From Flavobacteriaceae bacterium UBA6268 (lineage in GTDB: Bacteria > Bacteroidota > Bacteroidia > Flavobacteriales > Flavobacteriaceae): a stretch of DNA of 15,187 nt. Under the pieces are notes generated by a model. It did no database searches. It was given only the letters and a program-made list of their open reading frames with translations, and had not been told where the DNA came from. Position numbers and translations under genes: made by a program. The DNA is taken from contig DJVA01000050.1 of the NCBI GenBank assembly GCA_002440705.1, positions 241-15,427 of the forward strand. The letters run 5' to 3'. Positions 1-8,117 of the stretch are shown here, piece by piece; the first letter of the stretch is position 1, and the number at the start of each line of letters is the position of its first letter.

Positions 1-790
<790 letters not shown>

Positions 791-1025
791 AGATTCTTAA
801 AATAAAATCCGCCGAAAAAAAGCACCCAAAAGGCATCTCAGGTCATGTGTCTAGTCTATATTCGTCACTCGGCCCACCTCAAAAGGCAGGACCGAATACG
901 CGCTGTCATTCTTTTTTGTTCCAGTATATCAATGAACTTGTAATCGTAAGATGCAACGGAATTGAACCGTTGTTTAAAACCTTTTCATCTTATTTCTGAA
1001 CGTTGCTTTTTCTTGAAAGCGGGTG

Positions 1026-1062
1026 CAAATGTACAACTATTTTTTCACCCTGCAATTTTTTT
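1026..1062 (-). promoter_or_regulatory. rRNA promoter, proximal copy: Bacteroidota sigma-A -7 box TACATTTG (reverse complement of 1026-1033) with an upstream TTG and an AT-rich tract
   Basis: On the minus strand the sequence reads ...gaaaaaatagTTGTACATTTGCACCCGCTTTC. It matches the TAnnTTTG -7 consensus of Bacteroidetes. It sits ~230 nt upstream of the mature 16S 5' end. Confidence 0.55.
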
Positions 1063-1120
1063 TGAAAAATTATTTTTTTTCAAGGATTTCAAATTGCCTT
1101 TCAGAAGTAGAAAGCGGGTG

Positions 1121-1156
1121 CAAAGATACGCCCGTTTTGGACTTCTACAAACAAAA
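1121..1156 (-). promoter_or_regulatory. rRNA promoter, distal copy: -7 box TATCTTTG (reverse complement of 1121-1128) with TTTG 19 nt upstream
   Basis: On the minus strand the sequence reads TTTGtttgtagaagtccaaaacgggcgTATCTTTGCACCCGCTTTC. That is TTTG-N19-TAnnTTTG, a close match to the Bacteroidetes sigma-A consensus. The core GAAAGCGGGTGCAAA (plus strand 1110-1124) is identical to 1015-1029. Confidence 0.6.
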
Positions 1157-1286
1157 TTGTATTTGATTTTAAAAAATAATCTATGAGCTTTTGCAAGTGG
1201 TTGAATACGTGGATAGTCCAAAAAGTTGCCTTTCAAAAATATAATCATAACTTCAGTGATTCATGAAAACAATATTTGTTGCATTA

Positions 1287-1317
1287 TTGTAAAACGAATG
1301 AACTAATAGTATCTTTG
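1287..1317 (+). promoter_or_regulatory. Putative thrS promoter: TTG (1287-1289), 20-nt spacer, -7 box TATCTTTG (1310-1317)
   Basis: TAnnTTTG match lies 18 nt upstream of the thrS ATG. This implies a very short leader, which is common in Bacteroidetes. Confidence 0.45.
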
Positions 1318-1334
1318 CGCTTTAATTTTTTTCA

Positions 1335-3278
1335 ATGATCACAATTACTTTACCGGACAGTAGTATCAAAAAATACGAAGCAGGCATTACCCCAATGGAT
1401 GTAGCTAAGGATATAAGTGAAGGGTTGGCGCGCAATGTGCTCTCTGCCTCGTTCAATGGTAAAATTGTTGAATCCGTAACCCCATTGAGGGAAGATGGAA
1501 ATCTTGTCCTTTACACCTGGAATGACGATGCGGGCAAAAAGGCATTTTGGCACTCTACAGCACATATTTTGGCGCAAGCCCTTGAGGAACTTTACCCAGG
1601 GGTTAAACTTTGGGTGGGTCCTGCCATCGAAAAGGGCTTTTATTACGATGTGGACCTGGGCGAGCAAACCCTCTCTGAAAAGGATTTTAAAACGATTGAA
1701 GACAAAATGCTCGAAATTGCAAGAGGGAAGCACGAGTTTAAAATGCATTCGGTCTCTAAGGCTGATGCTTTGTCCTATTATAATGGTAAAAATGAATATA
1801 AAGTCGATTTGATAAACAATCTAGAGGATGGCACCATCACCTTTTGTGATCATGACACCTTTACCGATTTGTGCCGCGGGGGCCACATTCCCAATACGGG
1901 ATTTGTAAAAGCCGTTAAGGTTTTGAGTGTTGCCGGGGCCTATTATCAAGGCGACGAAAACAACAAGCAACTTACCCGAGTCTACGGAATTAGCTTTCCT
2001 AAGCAAAAAGATTTAACCGAATACCTCGAATTGCTGGAAGAGGCAAAAAAAAGAGACCACCGCAAGCTTGGGAAGGAACTGGAGCTTTTTACTTTCTCTC
2101 AAAGGGTAGGCCAGGGATTGCCCCTATGGCTCCCCAAAGGAACTGCGCTTAGGGAACGTTTGGAAGCTTTTTTAAAAGCTGCACAAAAAAAAGCCGGATA
2201 TGAAATGGTGGTTTCGCCACACATTGCACAAAAAGAACTTTATGTGACTTCCGGACACTTTGCCAAATACGGCGAAGATAGTTTCAGGGTCATCAAAACA
2301 CCCAATGAAGGGGAAGAGTTTATGCTAAAACCCATGAACTGCCCCCATCACTGTGAGATGTACAATAGCAGGCCTTGGTCCTACAAGGAACTGCCAAAAC
2401 GTTTTGCCGAATTCGGAACGGTATATCGCTACGAACAGAGCGGGGAGCTTCATGGCCTAACCAGGGTACGTGGGTTTACACAAGACGATGCCCACATTTT
2501 TTGTACTCCGGATCAGTTGGATGCCGAATTCAAGAATGTGATCGATTTGGTGCTGTATGTTTTCGGTTCTTTGGGATTTGAAAACTTCAGCACACAGGTT
2601 TCTGTGCGAGACCCTGAAAAGCCTGAAAAATATATTGGAAGCCTTGAAAATTGGGAAAAAGCCGAACGTGCCATCATTAATGCTGCAGAGGAAAAGGGAT
2701 TGAATTATTGTATCGAAGAGGGTGAAGCAGCGTTTTATGGCCCAAAACTGGATTTTATGGTGAAGGATGCCTTGGGAAGAAGTTGGCAGTTAGGAACCAT
2801 TCAGGTAGATTACAACCTTCCAGAGCGGTTTGGACTAACCTACAAAGGGAGCGACAACGAGTTGCACCGTCCAGTGATGATCCACCGCGCCCCTTTTGGA
2901 AGTATGGAGCGTTTTATAGCCATTTTGCTGGAACATACCGGGGGAAACTTCCCGCTTTGGTTGATTCCCGAACAGGTTAGCATCCTGTCCTTGAGTGAGA
3001 AATATGAAAAATACGCTGAAAAAGTTTTAAATTTGCTTCAAAATAACGAAATTCGCGCCCTCGTTGACGACCGCAACGAAACGATCGGCAAGAAAATTAG
3101 GGAAGCAGAAATGCAAAAAATACCCTACATGCTGATTGTGGGCGAGCAGGAAGCAAAGGATGGTACCGTTTCTGTCAGGAAACACAGTGAAGGGGATCTC
3201 GGAGTTATGACCGTTCCAGAATTTTCAAAAATGCTACTCGACGAAGTGAAAAGTGAAATAAAAGAGTTTAAAGTTTAA
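1335..3278 (+). CDS. thrS: Threonyl-tRNA synthetase (647 aa)
   Basis: N-terminal TGS-like region. Class II aaRS motifs are present ([56 protein letters not shown]). C-terminal anticodon-binding domain. Sits in the canonical thrS-infC-rpmI-rplT context. Confidence 0.97.
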   Translation: MITITLPDSSIKKYEAGITPMDVAKDISEGLARNVLSASFNGKIVESVTPLREDGNLVLYTWNDDAGKKAFWHSTAHILAQALEELYPGVKLWVGPAIEKGFYYDVDLGEQTLSEKDFKTIEDKMLEIARGKHEFKMHSVSKADALSYYNGKNEYKVDLINNLEDGTITFCDHDTFTDLCRGGHIPNTGFVKAVKVLSVAGAYYQGDENNKQLTRVYGISFPKQKDLTEYLELLEEAKKRDHRKLGKELELFTFSQRVGQGLPLWLPKGTALRERLEAFLKAAQKKAGYEMVVSPHIAQKELYVTSGHFAKYGEDSFRVIKTPNEGEEFMLKPMNCPHHCEMYNSRPWSYKELPKRFAEFGTVYRYEQSGELHGLTRVRGFTQDDAHIFCTPDQLDAEFKNVIDLVLYVFGSLGFENFSTQVSVRDPEKPEKYIGSLENWEKAERAIINAAEEKGLNYCIEEGEAAFYGPKLDFMVKDALGRSWQLGTIQVDYNLPERFGLTYKGSDNELHRPVMIHRAPFGSMERFIAILLEHTGGNFPLWLIPEQVSILSLSEKYEKYAEKVLNLLQNNEIRALVDDRNETIGKKIREAEMQKIPYMLIVGEQEAKDGTVSVRKHSEGDLGVMTVPEFSKMLLDEVKSEIKEFKV

Positions 3279-3335
3279 CTAAAACCCAGTATAGCCATAG
3301 CAATACGAAGAAAAAGAAGTCAAGGTCAAGCTCGT

Positions 3336-3851
3336 GTGGTCAAGGAAGACCAACACAAGATTAATGATAAAATCCGTGCCAGGGAGGTACGGGTCGTTGG
3401 GGACAACGTGGAAGTAGGTATTTATTCCCTCAAAGACGCCTTAGCCATTGCTGAAGAGCAGGAATTGGATTTGGTGGAGATTTCTCCCAATGCAGAACCC
3501 CCTGTATGTAAGGTGATGGATTACAAGAAATTCATCTACGAACAGAAAAAAAGGGAAAAAGCGCTTAAGGCCAAAGCCACCAAAGTGGTGATCAAGGAAA
3601 TAAGATTTGGGCCCAATACCGATGATCATGATTATGACTTCAAAAAAAAACATGGGGAAAAGTTTTTGAAGGAAGGAGCCAAGCTCAAGGCCTATGTATT
3701 TTTCAAAGGCCGATCGATCATTTACAAAGATCAGGGCGAAATCCTATTGCTGCGTTTAGCGCAAGACCTTGAAGATTATGGCAAGGTGGAACAAATGCCC
3801 AAACTTGAAGGAAAAAGGATGACTATGTTCATTGCCCCAAAAAAGAAATAA
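3336..3851 (+). CDS. infC: Translation initiation factor IF-3. The start shown is the GTG at 3336; the true start may be a non-AUG codon upstream, e.g. ATA at 3303.
   Basis: Product contains [58 protein letters not shown] and the C-terminal domain. The frame stays open back to the TAG at 3297-3299 and encodes a basic [11 protein letters not shown] segment that is typical of IF3 N-termini. Confidence 0.9.
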   Translation: MVKEDQHKINDKIRAREVRVVGDNVEVGIYSLKDALAIAEEQELDLVEISPNAEPPVCKVMDYKKFIYEQKKREKALKAKATKVVIKEIRFGPNTDDHDYDFKKKHGEKFLKEGAKLKAYVFFKGRSIIYKDQGEILLLRLAQDLEDYGKVEQMPKLEGKRMTMFIAPKKK

Positions 3852-3915
3852 AATCGTTTCAGGAAACTGAACCATTTATAAAAGCAAAGCGAAATAAAAC
3901 AAAAACGTAGGAAAG

Positions 3916-4113
3916 ATGCCTAAACAAAAAACGAAATCCAGTGCCAAAAAGCGATTCAAGCTTACCGGTTCTGGAAAGATCAAAAGGAAGCACGCTTACA
4001 AGAGTCATATTTTGACCAAAAAATCGAAGAAGCGTAAGCTCGCGTTGACTCATGACACCTTGGTGCACAAGAACGACGAGGGCAATGTCAAGGAAATGCT
4101 TCGCATGAAGTAA
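3916..4113 (+). CDS. rpmI: 50S ribosomal protein L35 (65 aa)
   Basis: [36 protein letters not shown] is the classic L35 sequence. Position between infC and rplT. Confidence 0.95.
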   Translation: MPKQKTKSSAKKRFKLTGSGKIKRKHAYKSHILTKKSKKRKLALTHDTLVHKNDEGNVKEMLRMK

Positions 4114-4210
4114 TTTGTTTGACCGGTTAAAACAATTCAATAACCCTGGAGTATGGCCCATTAAGTTCCTAAACCAATTATAGGACGCCTGCTACAAAAA
4201 ATGTAACATT

Positions 4211-4555
4211 ATGCCAAGATCAGTAAATTCAGTTGCCAAAAGAGCCCGAAGAAAAAAGGTGCTCAAGCAAGCCAAAGGTTTCTTTGGAAGACGTAAAAAC
4301 GTGTGGACCGTGGCCAAAAATGCCGTGGATAAAGCCATGCTTTACTCCTACCGTGACCGTCGAAACAAAAAGAGAACCTTCCGTGGCCTATGGATTGCCC
4401 GTATCAACGCGGGTGCCCGTTTGCACGGAATGTCCTATTCAAAATTTATGGGAAAATTGAAAGCCAACAATATCGAATTGAACCGAAAGGTCCTTGCCGA
4501 TTTGGCCATGAACCACCCAGAAGCTTTTGAAGCCATTGTAAACAAAGTAAAGTAA
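4211..4555 (+). CDS. rplT: 50S ribosomal protein L20 (114 aa)
   Basis: [73 protein letters not shown] is the canonical L20 sequence. Confidence 0.96.
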   Translation: MPRSVNSVAKRARRKKVLKQAKGFFGRRKNVWTVAKNAVDKAMLYSYRDRRNKKRTFRGLWIARINAGARLHGMSYSKFMGKLKANNIELNRKVLADLAMNHPEAFEAIVNKVK

Positions 4556-4592
4556 AGGCTAAAAGCCTATCAACAACAAACTTATTTCGCTT

Positions 4593-4621
4593 AAAAAACC
4601 CGCTCGATGAGCGGGTTTTTT
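4593..4621. terminator. Bidirectional intrinsic terminator: AAAAAA-CCCGCTCgatGAGCGGG-TTTTTT
   Basis: GC-rich 7-bp stem with an A-tract on one side and a T-tract on the other. It lies between the convergent rplT (+) and the 4626..5885 (-) gene. Confidence 0.8.
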
Positions 4622-4625
4622 GTTG

Positions 4626-5885
4626 TTAGGTTTTTTGCTTTTTCTTCTTCGCTGCCGGGAACAAGACATTGTTCAGTATCAATCGGTAACCCGGCGAGTT
4701 GGGGTGCAGTGCCAATTCGGTTTTGGCATCCCCTACCCGATGCTGATAATCCTCTGGGTCATGGCCACCATAGAAGGTAAAAAAACCTTTTCCGCGAATA
4801 CCATGAATGTATCGGGCTTCGCCATTGCTTTTGTTTTCGCCCATGACCAATACCGTTGACTTTATTTCATCGCTAGCAAACGAAGTAGTCTGCCCCATAA
4901 AACCTTTTACCAATGAGGTATGGTTTTGCACCAACATGCATGGAATAGGATCCCATTTGGCCGAATAGTCCATTAATGTGAAATAGTCTGTTTCTTTATT
5001 AATTCGCCTTCGAGTGGTCATGTCGATGGAGGAAAATTCATAAACCATCGGGTTTCGTTCCAAGGTGAAATTGGTGAAAGCAAAGGTCTTGCGGTAATCA
5101 ATTTTATTTTGATAATCGGGCTCGCTAGGGTCTCCATCAAACATGGCTTCACAAATATCCACACCTTCTGCTGCCAAGGCAATATCGAAACTATCCGTTG
5201 CACTGCACATGGCAAACATGAAACCTCCCCCAACTACATAATCCCTAATCTTGAGTGCTACATCCCTTTTTTCTTCTGAAACCTTAGTGTATCCCAACTT
5301 GGTAGCCAATGCTTCGGCATCCCTTTTTTGTTCTATGTACCATGGGGCTGTTCTATAAGCTCGGTAGAATTTGCCATATTGCCCGGTAAAATCCTCGTGG
5401 TGCAAATGAAGCCAATCGTACAAGAGGAGTTGGTCACTTAGTACTTCTTCATCATAAACCACAGTATAGGGAATTTCAGCGTAGGTCAAAACCAAGGTCA
5501 CCGCATCGTCCCAAGGTTGATTCCCTTTTGGTGAGTATACCGCAATTTTGGGCGCTTTTTCCAAAACTACGGCCTCCATATTCTGCGAAGGGCTGCTTAT
5601 CTCTTCTAGAATCTGATTGGTTTGGGCATCACTGATGACTTCAAAAGAAACCCCGCGAATTTGACACTCCCGTCTGATTTCCTCCGAATCCGGCACTAAA
5701 AAAGCACCCCCCCGGTAATTGAGCAACCACTTGGCCTTCAAATGCTTTTCGAGGACCCAATAGGTAATACCATACGCCTTTAAATGCTCGGATTGGCTGT
5801 CGGCGTCCATGGGAATCAATATATAAGACGCAAAACCTTTAAACGAAAAAAGGAAAATAAGCAACGTAACAATCCATCGACTCAT
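4626..5885 (-). CDS. Secreted protein of unknown function, 420 aa, with an N-terminal signal peptide. This conserved Bacteroidota family is sometimes labelled, probably wrongly, as asparagine synthetase B-like.
   Basis: The listed ORF (4626..6035) was trimmed to the ATG at 5885 (MSRWIVTLLIFLFSFKGFAS...). The upstream 150 nt run through the floT terminator and the floT 3' end. The hydrophobic h-region followed by AS|Y fits an SPI signal peptide. Function was not recognised from sequence. A GGGFMFAMCSATD segment loosely resembles the nucleophile elbow of a class-I amidotransferase-like fold, but I could not confirm this. Confidence 0.7.
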   Translation of the reverse strand: MSRWIVTLLIFLFSFKGFASYILIPMDADSQSEHLKAYGITYWVLEKHLKAKWLLNYRGGAFLVPDSEEIRRECQIRGVSFEVISDAQTNQILEEISSPSQNMEAVVLEKAPKIAVYSPKGNQPWDDAVTLVLTYAEIPYTVVYDEEVLSDQLLLYDWLHLHHEDFTGQYGKFYRAYRTAPWYIEQKRDAEALATKLGYTKVSEEKRDVALKIRDYVVGGGFMFAMCSATDSFDIALAAEGVDICEAMFDGDPSEPDYQNKIDYRKTFAFTNFTLERNPMVYEFSSIDMTTRRRINKETDYFTLMDYSAKWDPIPCMLVQNHTSLVKGFMGQTTSFASDEIKSTVLVMGENKSNGEARYIHGIRGKGFFTFYGGHDPEDYQHRVGDAKTELALHPNSPGYRLILNNVLFPAAKKKKQKT

Positions 5886-5943
5886 AGTGCTAAGATAGCG
5901 ACAAATATTGAGCCATTTATACCCATAGGTGGTAATAAAATCA

Positions 5944-5966
5944 TAAAAAAACCGCCCGAAGGCGGA
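5944..5966 (-). terminator. Intrinsic terminator downstream of floT (minus-strand read: tCCGCCttcgGGCGGtttttttat)
   Basis: 5-6 bp GC stem, cgaa loop, T-run. It starts 5 nt after the floT stop (5971-5973). It separates floT from the downstream exported-protein gene. Confidence 0.7.
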
Positions 5967-5970
5967 TTTT

Positions 5971-7410
5971 CTATTTTTCCTTTTTAGGGGAAGCGTTTGA
6001 ATTATCTTCATTTTTTTCCTTGCCACTTTTGGCATCCTCCAGTGGTTTCCCTTTCAGATAATCGGGTAATTGCATTCCCGCCATGTTGAACATTTCCTGT
6101 AAAGGAGGGACCGCTTTGTACATCCCAGAAATAAAATTGGAGGTCGCGGTTTTTCCATCCGCCGTATTGCCACCTTCCCAAACCGTAACCTTATCGATTT
6201 TGATGTTTTTAATGGCTTCGGATTGCAATCGCACCAATTCGGGAAGTTTATCGGCGATTAACAAAAGGGCGGCGTTTTGAGGATCATTACCGGCAGCTTT
6301 TACAATCTGGTCCAAACCTGCTGCTTGTTTGGTCAATACTTCAAACAGTCCTTGAGCTTCTGCTTGCGCCTTGAATAAAATAGCATCGGCCTCTCCTTTG
6401 GCTTTCCTCCTGATTTTTTCAGCTTCCGCTTCGGCATCGATTTCAACTTTATTTTTATCAATTTGAGCTGGAACAATAATATCGGCCATTTGTGAAGCCC
6501 TTTCCTTTTCTGCCCTTACGTTTTCAGCTTCCTGCTCGGCAGCATACGCTTCTTCCAAGGCCTTTGCAGCTTGAACTTTTTCCGAAGCAATGGCCACCCT
6601 TTCCGCTTCTGCTTCTTTTTGTCGGCGTACGGCATTGGAGTTGGCGATTTCAATTTGGGCAATGTTTTCACCATCCACGGCTTTAGCATTGGCGGCCGCA
6701 ACCTGGATTCGTTGGTCCTGCACAGCATTGGCCTCCCCAATGGAACCATCCCTGTTTTTTTCGGCAACCGATTTTCGAGCAGCGTTTATGGCATGTGCTG
6801 CTGCTTCCTTTCCGAGGGCCTCAATATACCCAGACTCGTCCACAATGTCGGTAATGTTGACGTTGATTAACTTCAATCCCACTTTTTTAAGTTCCGACTC
6901 TACACTTTGGGAGATATTGGCAAGAAATTTATCGCGATCGGCATTGATTTCCTCAATATCCATAGAAGCAACCACCAAACGTAATTGCCCAAAGATGATC
7001 TCCTTAGCCAGTTCTTGGATTTCCGTAAGTCCCAATCCTAATAGACGTTCGGCAGCGTTTTGCATGATACCGGGCTCTGTGGAGACTCCAATCGTGAACC
7101 TAGAAGGAACATTAACCCGAATGTTTTGTTTGGACAGGGCATTGATCAAGTTCACTTCAATGGAAATTGGGGTTAAATCCATAAACTCGTAATCCTGAAT
7201 TACGGGAAAAATAAAGGCAGCTCCTCCGTGTATGCATTTGGCCGATTGGCCTCCCCCCACCTTTCCGTAGACCACCAAAATACGATCGGAAGGACATCGT
7301 TTGTACCTTTTTATTAGGGTAATAAGTAAGATGAAAACAAACAGGACCGCTAGGACAATCCCTATGACCCCTGCAAATCCGTCCAATTGTAGTGCAATTA
7401 AGTTTACCAT
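5971..7410 (-). CDS. floT: Flotillin-like SPFH/band-7 protein (479 aa), FloT/YuaG type
   Basis: N-terminal TM helix, SPFH domain (RILVVYGKVGGG...VNVPSRFTIGVS), then a long Ala/Glu-rich coiled-coil (AEAEAEKIRRKAKGEADAILFKAQAEAQG) typical of flotillins. Preceded by an NfeD-like gene. Confidence 0.9.
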   Translation of the reverse strand: MVNLIALQLDGFAGVIGIVLAVLFVFILLITLIKRYKRCPSDRILVVYGKVGGGQSAKCIHGGAAFIFPVIQDYEFMDLTPISIEVNLINALSKQNIRVNVPSRFTIGVSTEPGIMQNAAERLLGLGLTEIQELAKEIIFGQLRLVVASMDIEEINADRDKFLANISQSVESELKKVGLKLINVNITDIVDESGYIEALGKEAAAHAINAARKSVAEKNRDGSIGEANAVQDQRIQVAAANAKAVDGENIAQIEIANSNAVRRQKEAEAERVAIASEKVQAAKALEEAYAAEQEAENVRAEKERASQMADIIVPAQIDKNKVEIDAEAEAEKIRRKAKGEADAILFKAQAEAQGLFEVLTKQAAGLDQIVKAAGNDPQNAALLLIADKLPELVRLQSEAIKNIKIDKVTVWEGGNTADGKTATSNFISGMYKAVPPLQEMFNMAGMQLPDYLKGKPLEDAKSGKEKNEDNSNASPKKEK

Positions 7411-7413
7411 AGT

Positions 7414-7989
7414 TTAGTTATTCTGAGGTTCAACAATTAATAATCCGTTGGAAGTTACATCCAATACCTTTACTACCATTCCTTGGGTTAGATCGGCATC
7501 ATGATCGGTTAATGCCTCCAACTCCCGCAACGCGTTTTGCACACGAATGTGTACTTTTCCTATATTGGAGCGTTTGGCCCCAATGGTCAAATACACTTCG
7601 CCAATGGTATTGACTGCATTTTTCATATCTAGGGTGCCACTGTCGCTAAGTTTGCTTATGTAGTGGAACAAAAGTGCCATGACGAGCATCATAAGCAATC
7701 CACAAACTAAGGAAATGACCAGCGTAATCCCCTTAGAATAACCCGCATCCATACTTGCAATACCACTCCATGCGAATATGGTAAAAAAGGCCACCATGTT
7801 CTTAAAGGTAAAAAACTGAAATCCAGCCCCGGTATCGGATTCGATCTCGGTATCTGTATCGCCCAGGTCATGGCCGTCAGCTCCAATAAATGCCATGATA
7901 AGCACAAAAAGGAATACCAATGTGGATATGCCCGCAAGAATCCAATAAATTTTTTCAAACGAAGTCAATTCCGAAAACCAGGTGGTCAT
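7414..7989 (-). CDS. NfeD-like membrane protein (191 aa), YuaF-type partner of flotillin
   Basis: Three or four N-terminal TM helices and a C-terminal soluble beta-rich (OB-fold-like) domain (GKVHIRVQNA...GMVVKVLDVTSNGLLIVEP). Stop lies 3 nt before the floT start, which matches the canonical nfeD-floT operon. Confidence 0.8.
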   Translation of the reverse strand: MTTWFSELTSFEKIYWILAGISTLVFLFVLIMAFIGADGHDLGDTDTEIESDTGAGFQFFTFKNMVAFFTIFAWSGIASMDAGYSKGITLVISLVCGLLMMLVMALLFHYISKLSDSGTLDMKNAVNTIGEVYLTIGAKRSNIGKVHIRVQNALRELEALTDHDADLTQGMVVKVLDVTSNGLLIVEPQNN

Positions 7990-8117
7990 AGGGTCAAAAA
8001 TTTGGTTAGTGAAAAAAGTGACAATGTAAAGGAAGTTTCCAGTGTTTCCCTATTTGTATGTCGCCTTCTTTATTTGTTACAATCCACTGCATTGATGCAG
8101 GATGAATTCACTATTTT

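Noticed and set aside
1015-1124. Direct repeat GAAAGCGGGTGCAAA x2. Considered as a mini CRISPR or mobile-element end.
   Set aside because: Only two copies, 95 bp apart. Each overlaps a consensus -7 promoter box facing the 16S gene. Best explained as duplicated promoters.
962-1248. Small ORFs (74 and 67 aa) in the rrn/thrS divergent control region
   Set aside because: AT-rich, low-complexity products (runs of F/K/L) that overlap the tandem promoter repeats. No coding signal.
5886-6035. N-terminal 50-aa extension of the 4626..6035 ORF (MPKVARKKMK...)
   Set aside because: It would read through an intrinsic terminator and overlap the floT stop. The conserved signal peptide begins at the internal ATG (5885).
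6492-7192. Plus-strand ORFs of 64-200 aa antisense to floT
   Set aside because: Ala/Ser-rich antisense translation of the EA-repeat coiled-coil region. Classic shadow ORFs.
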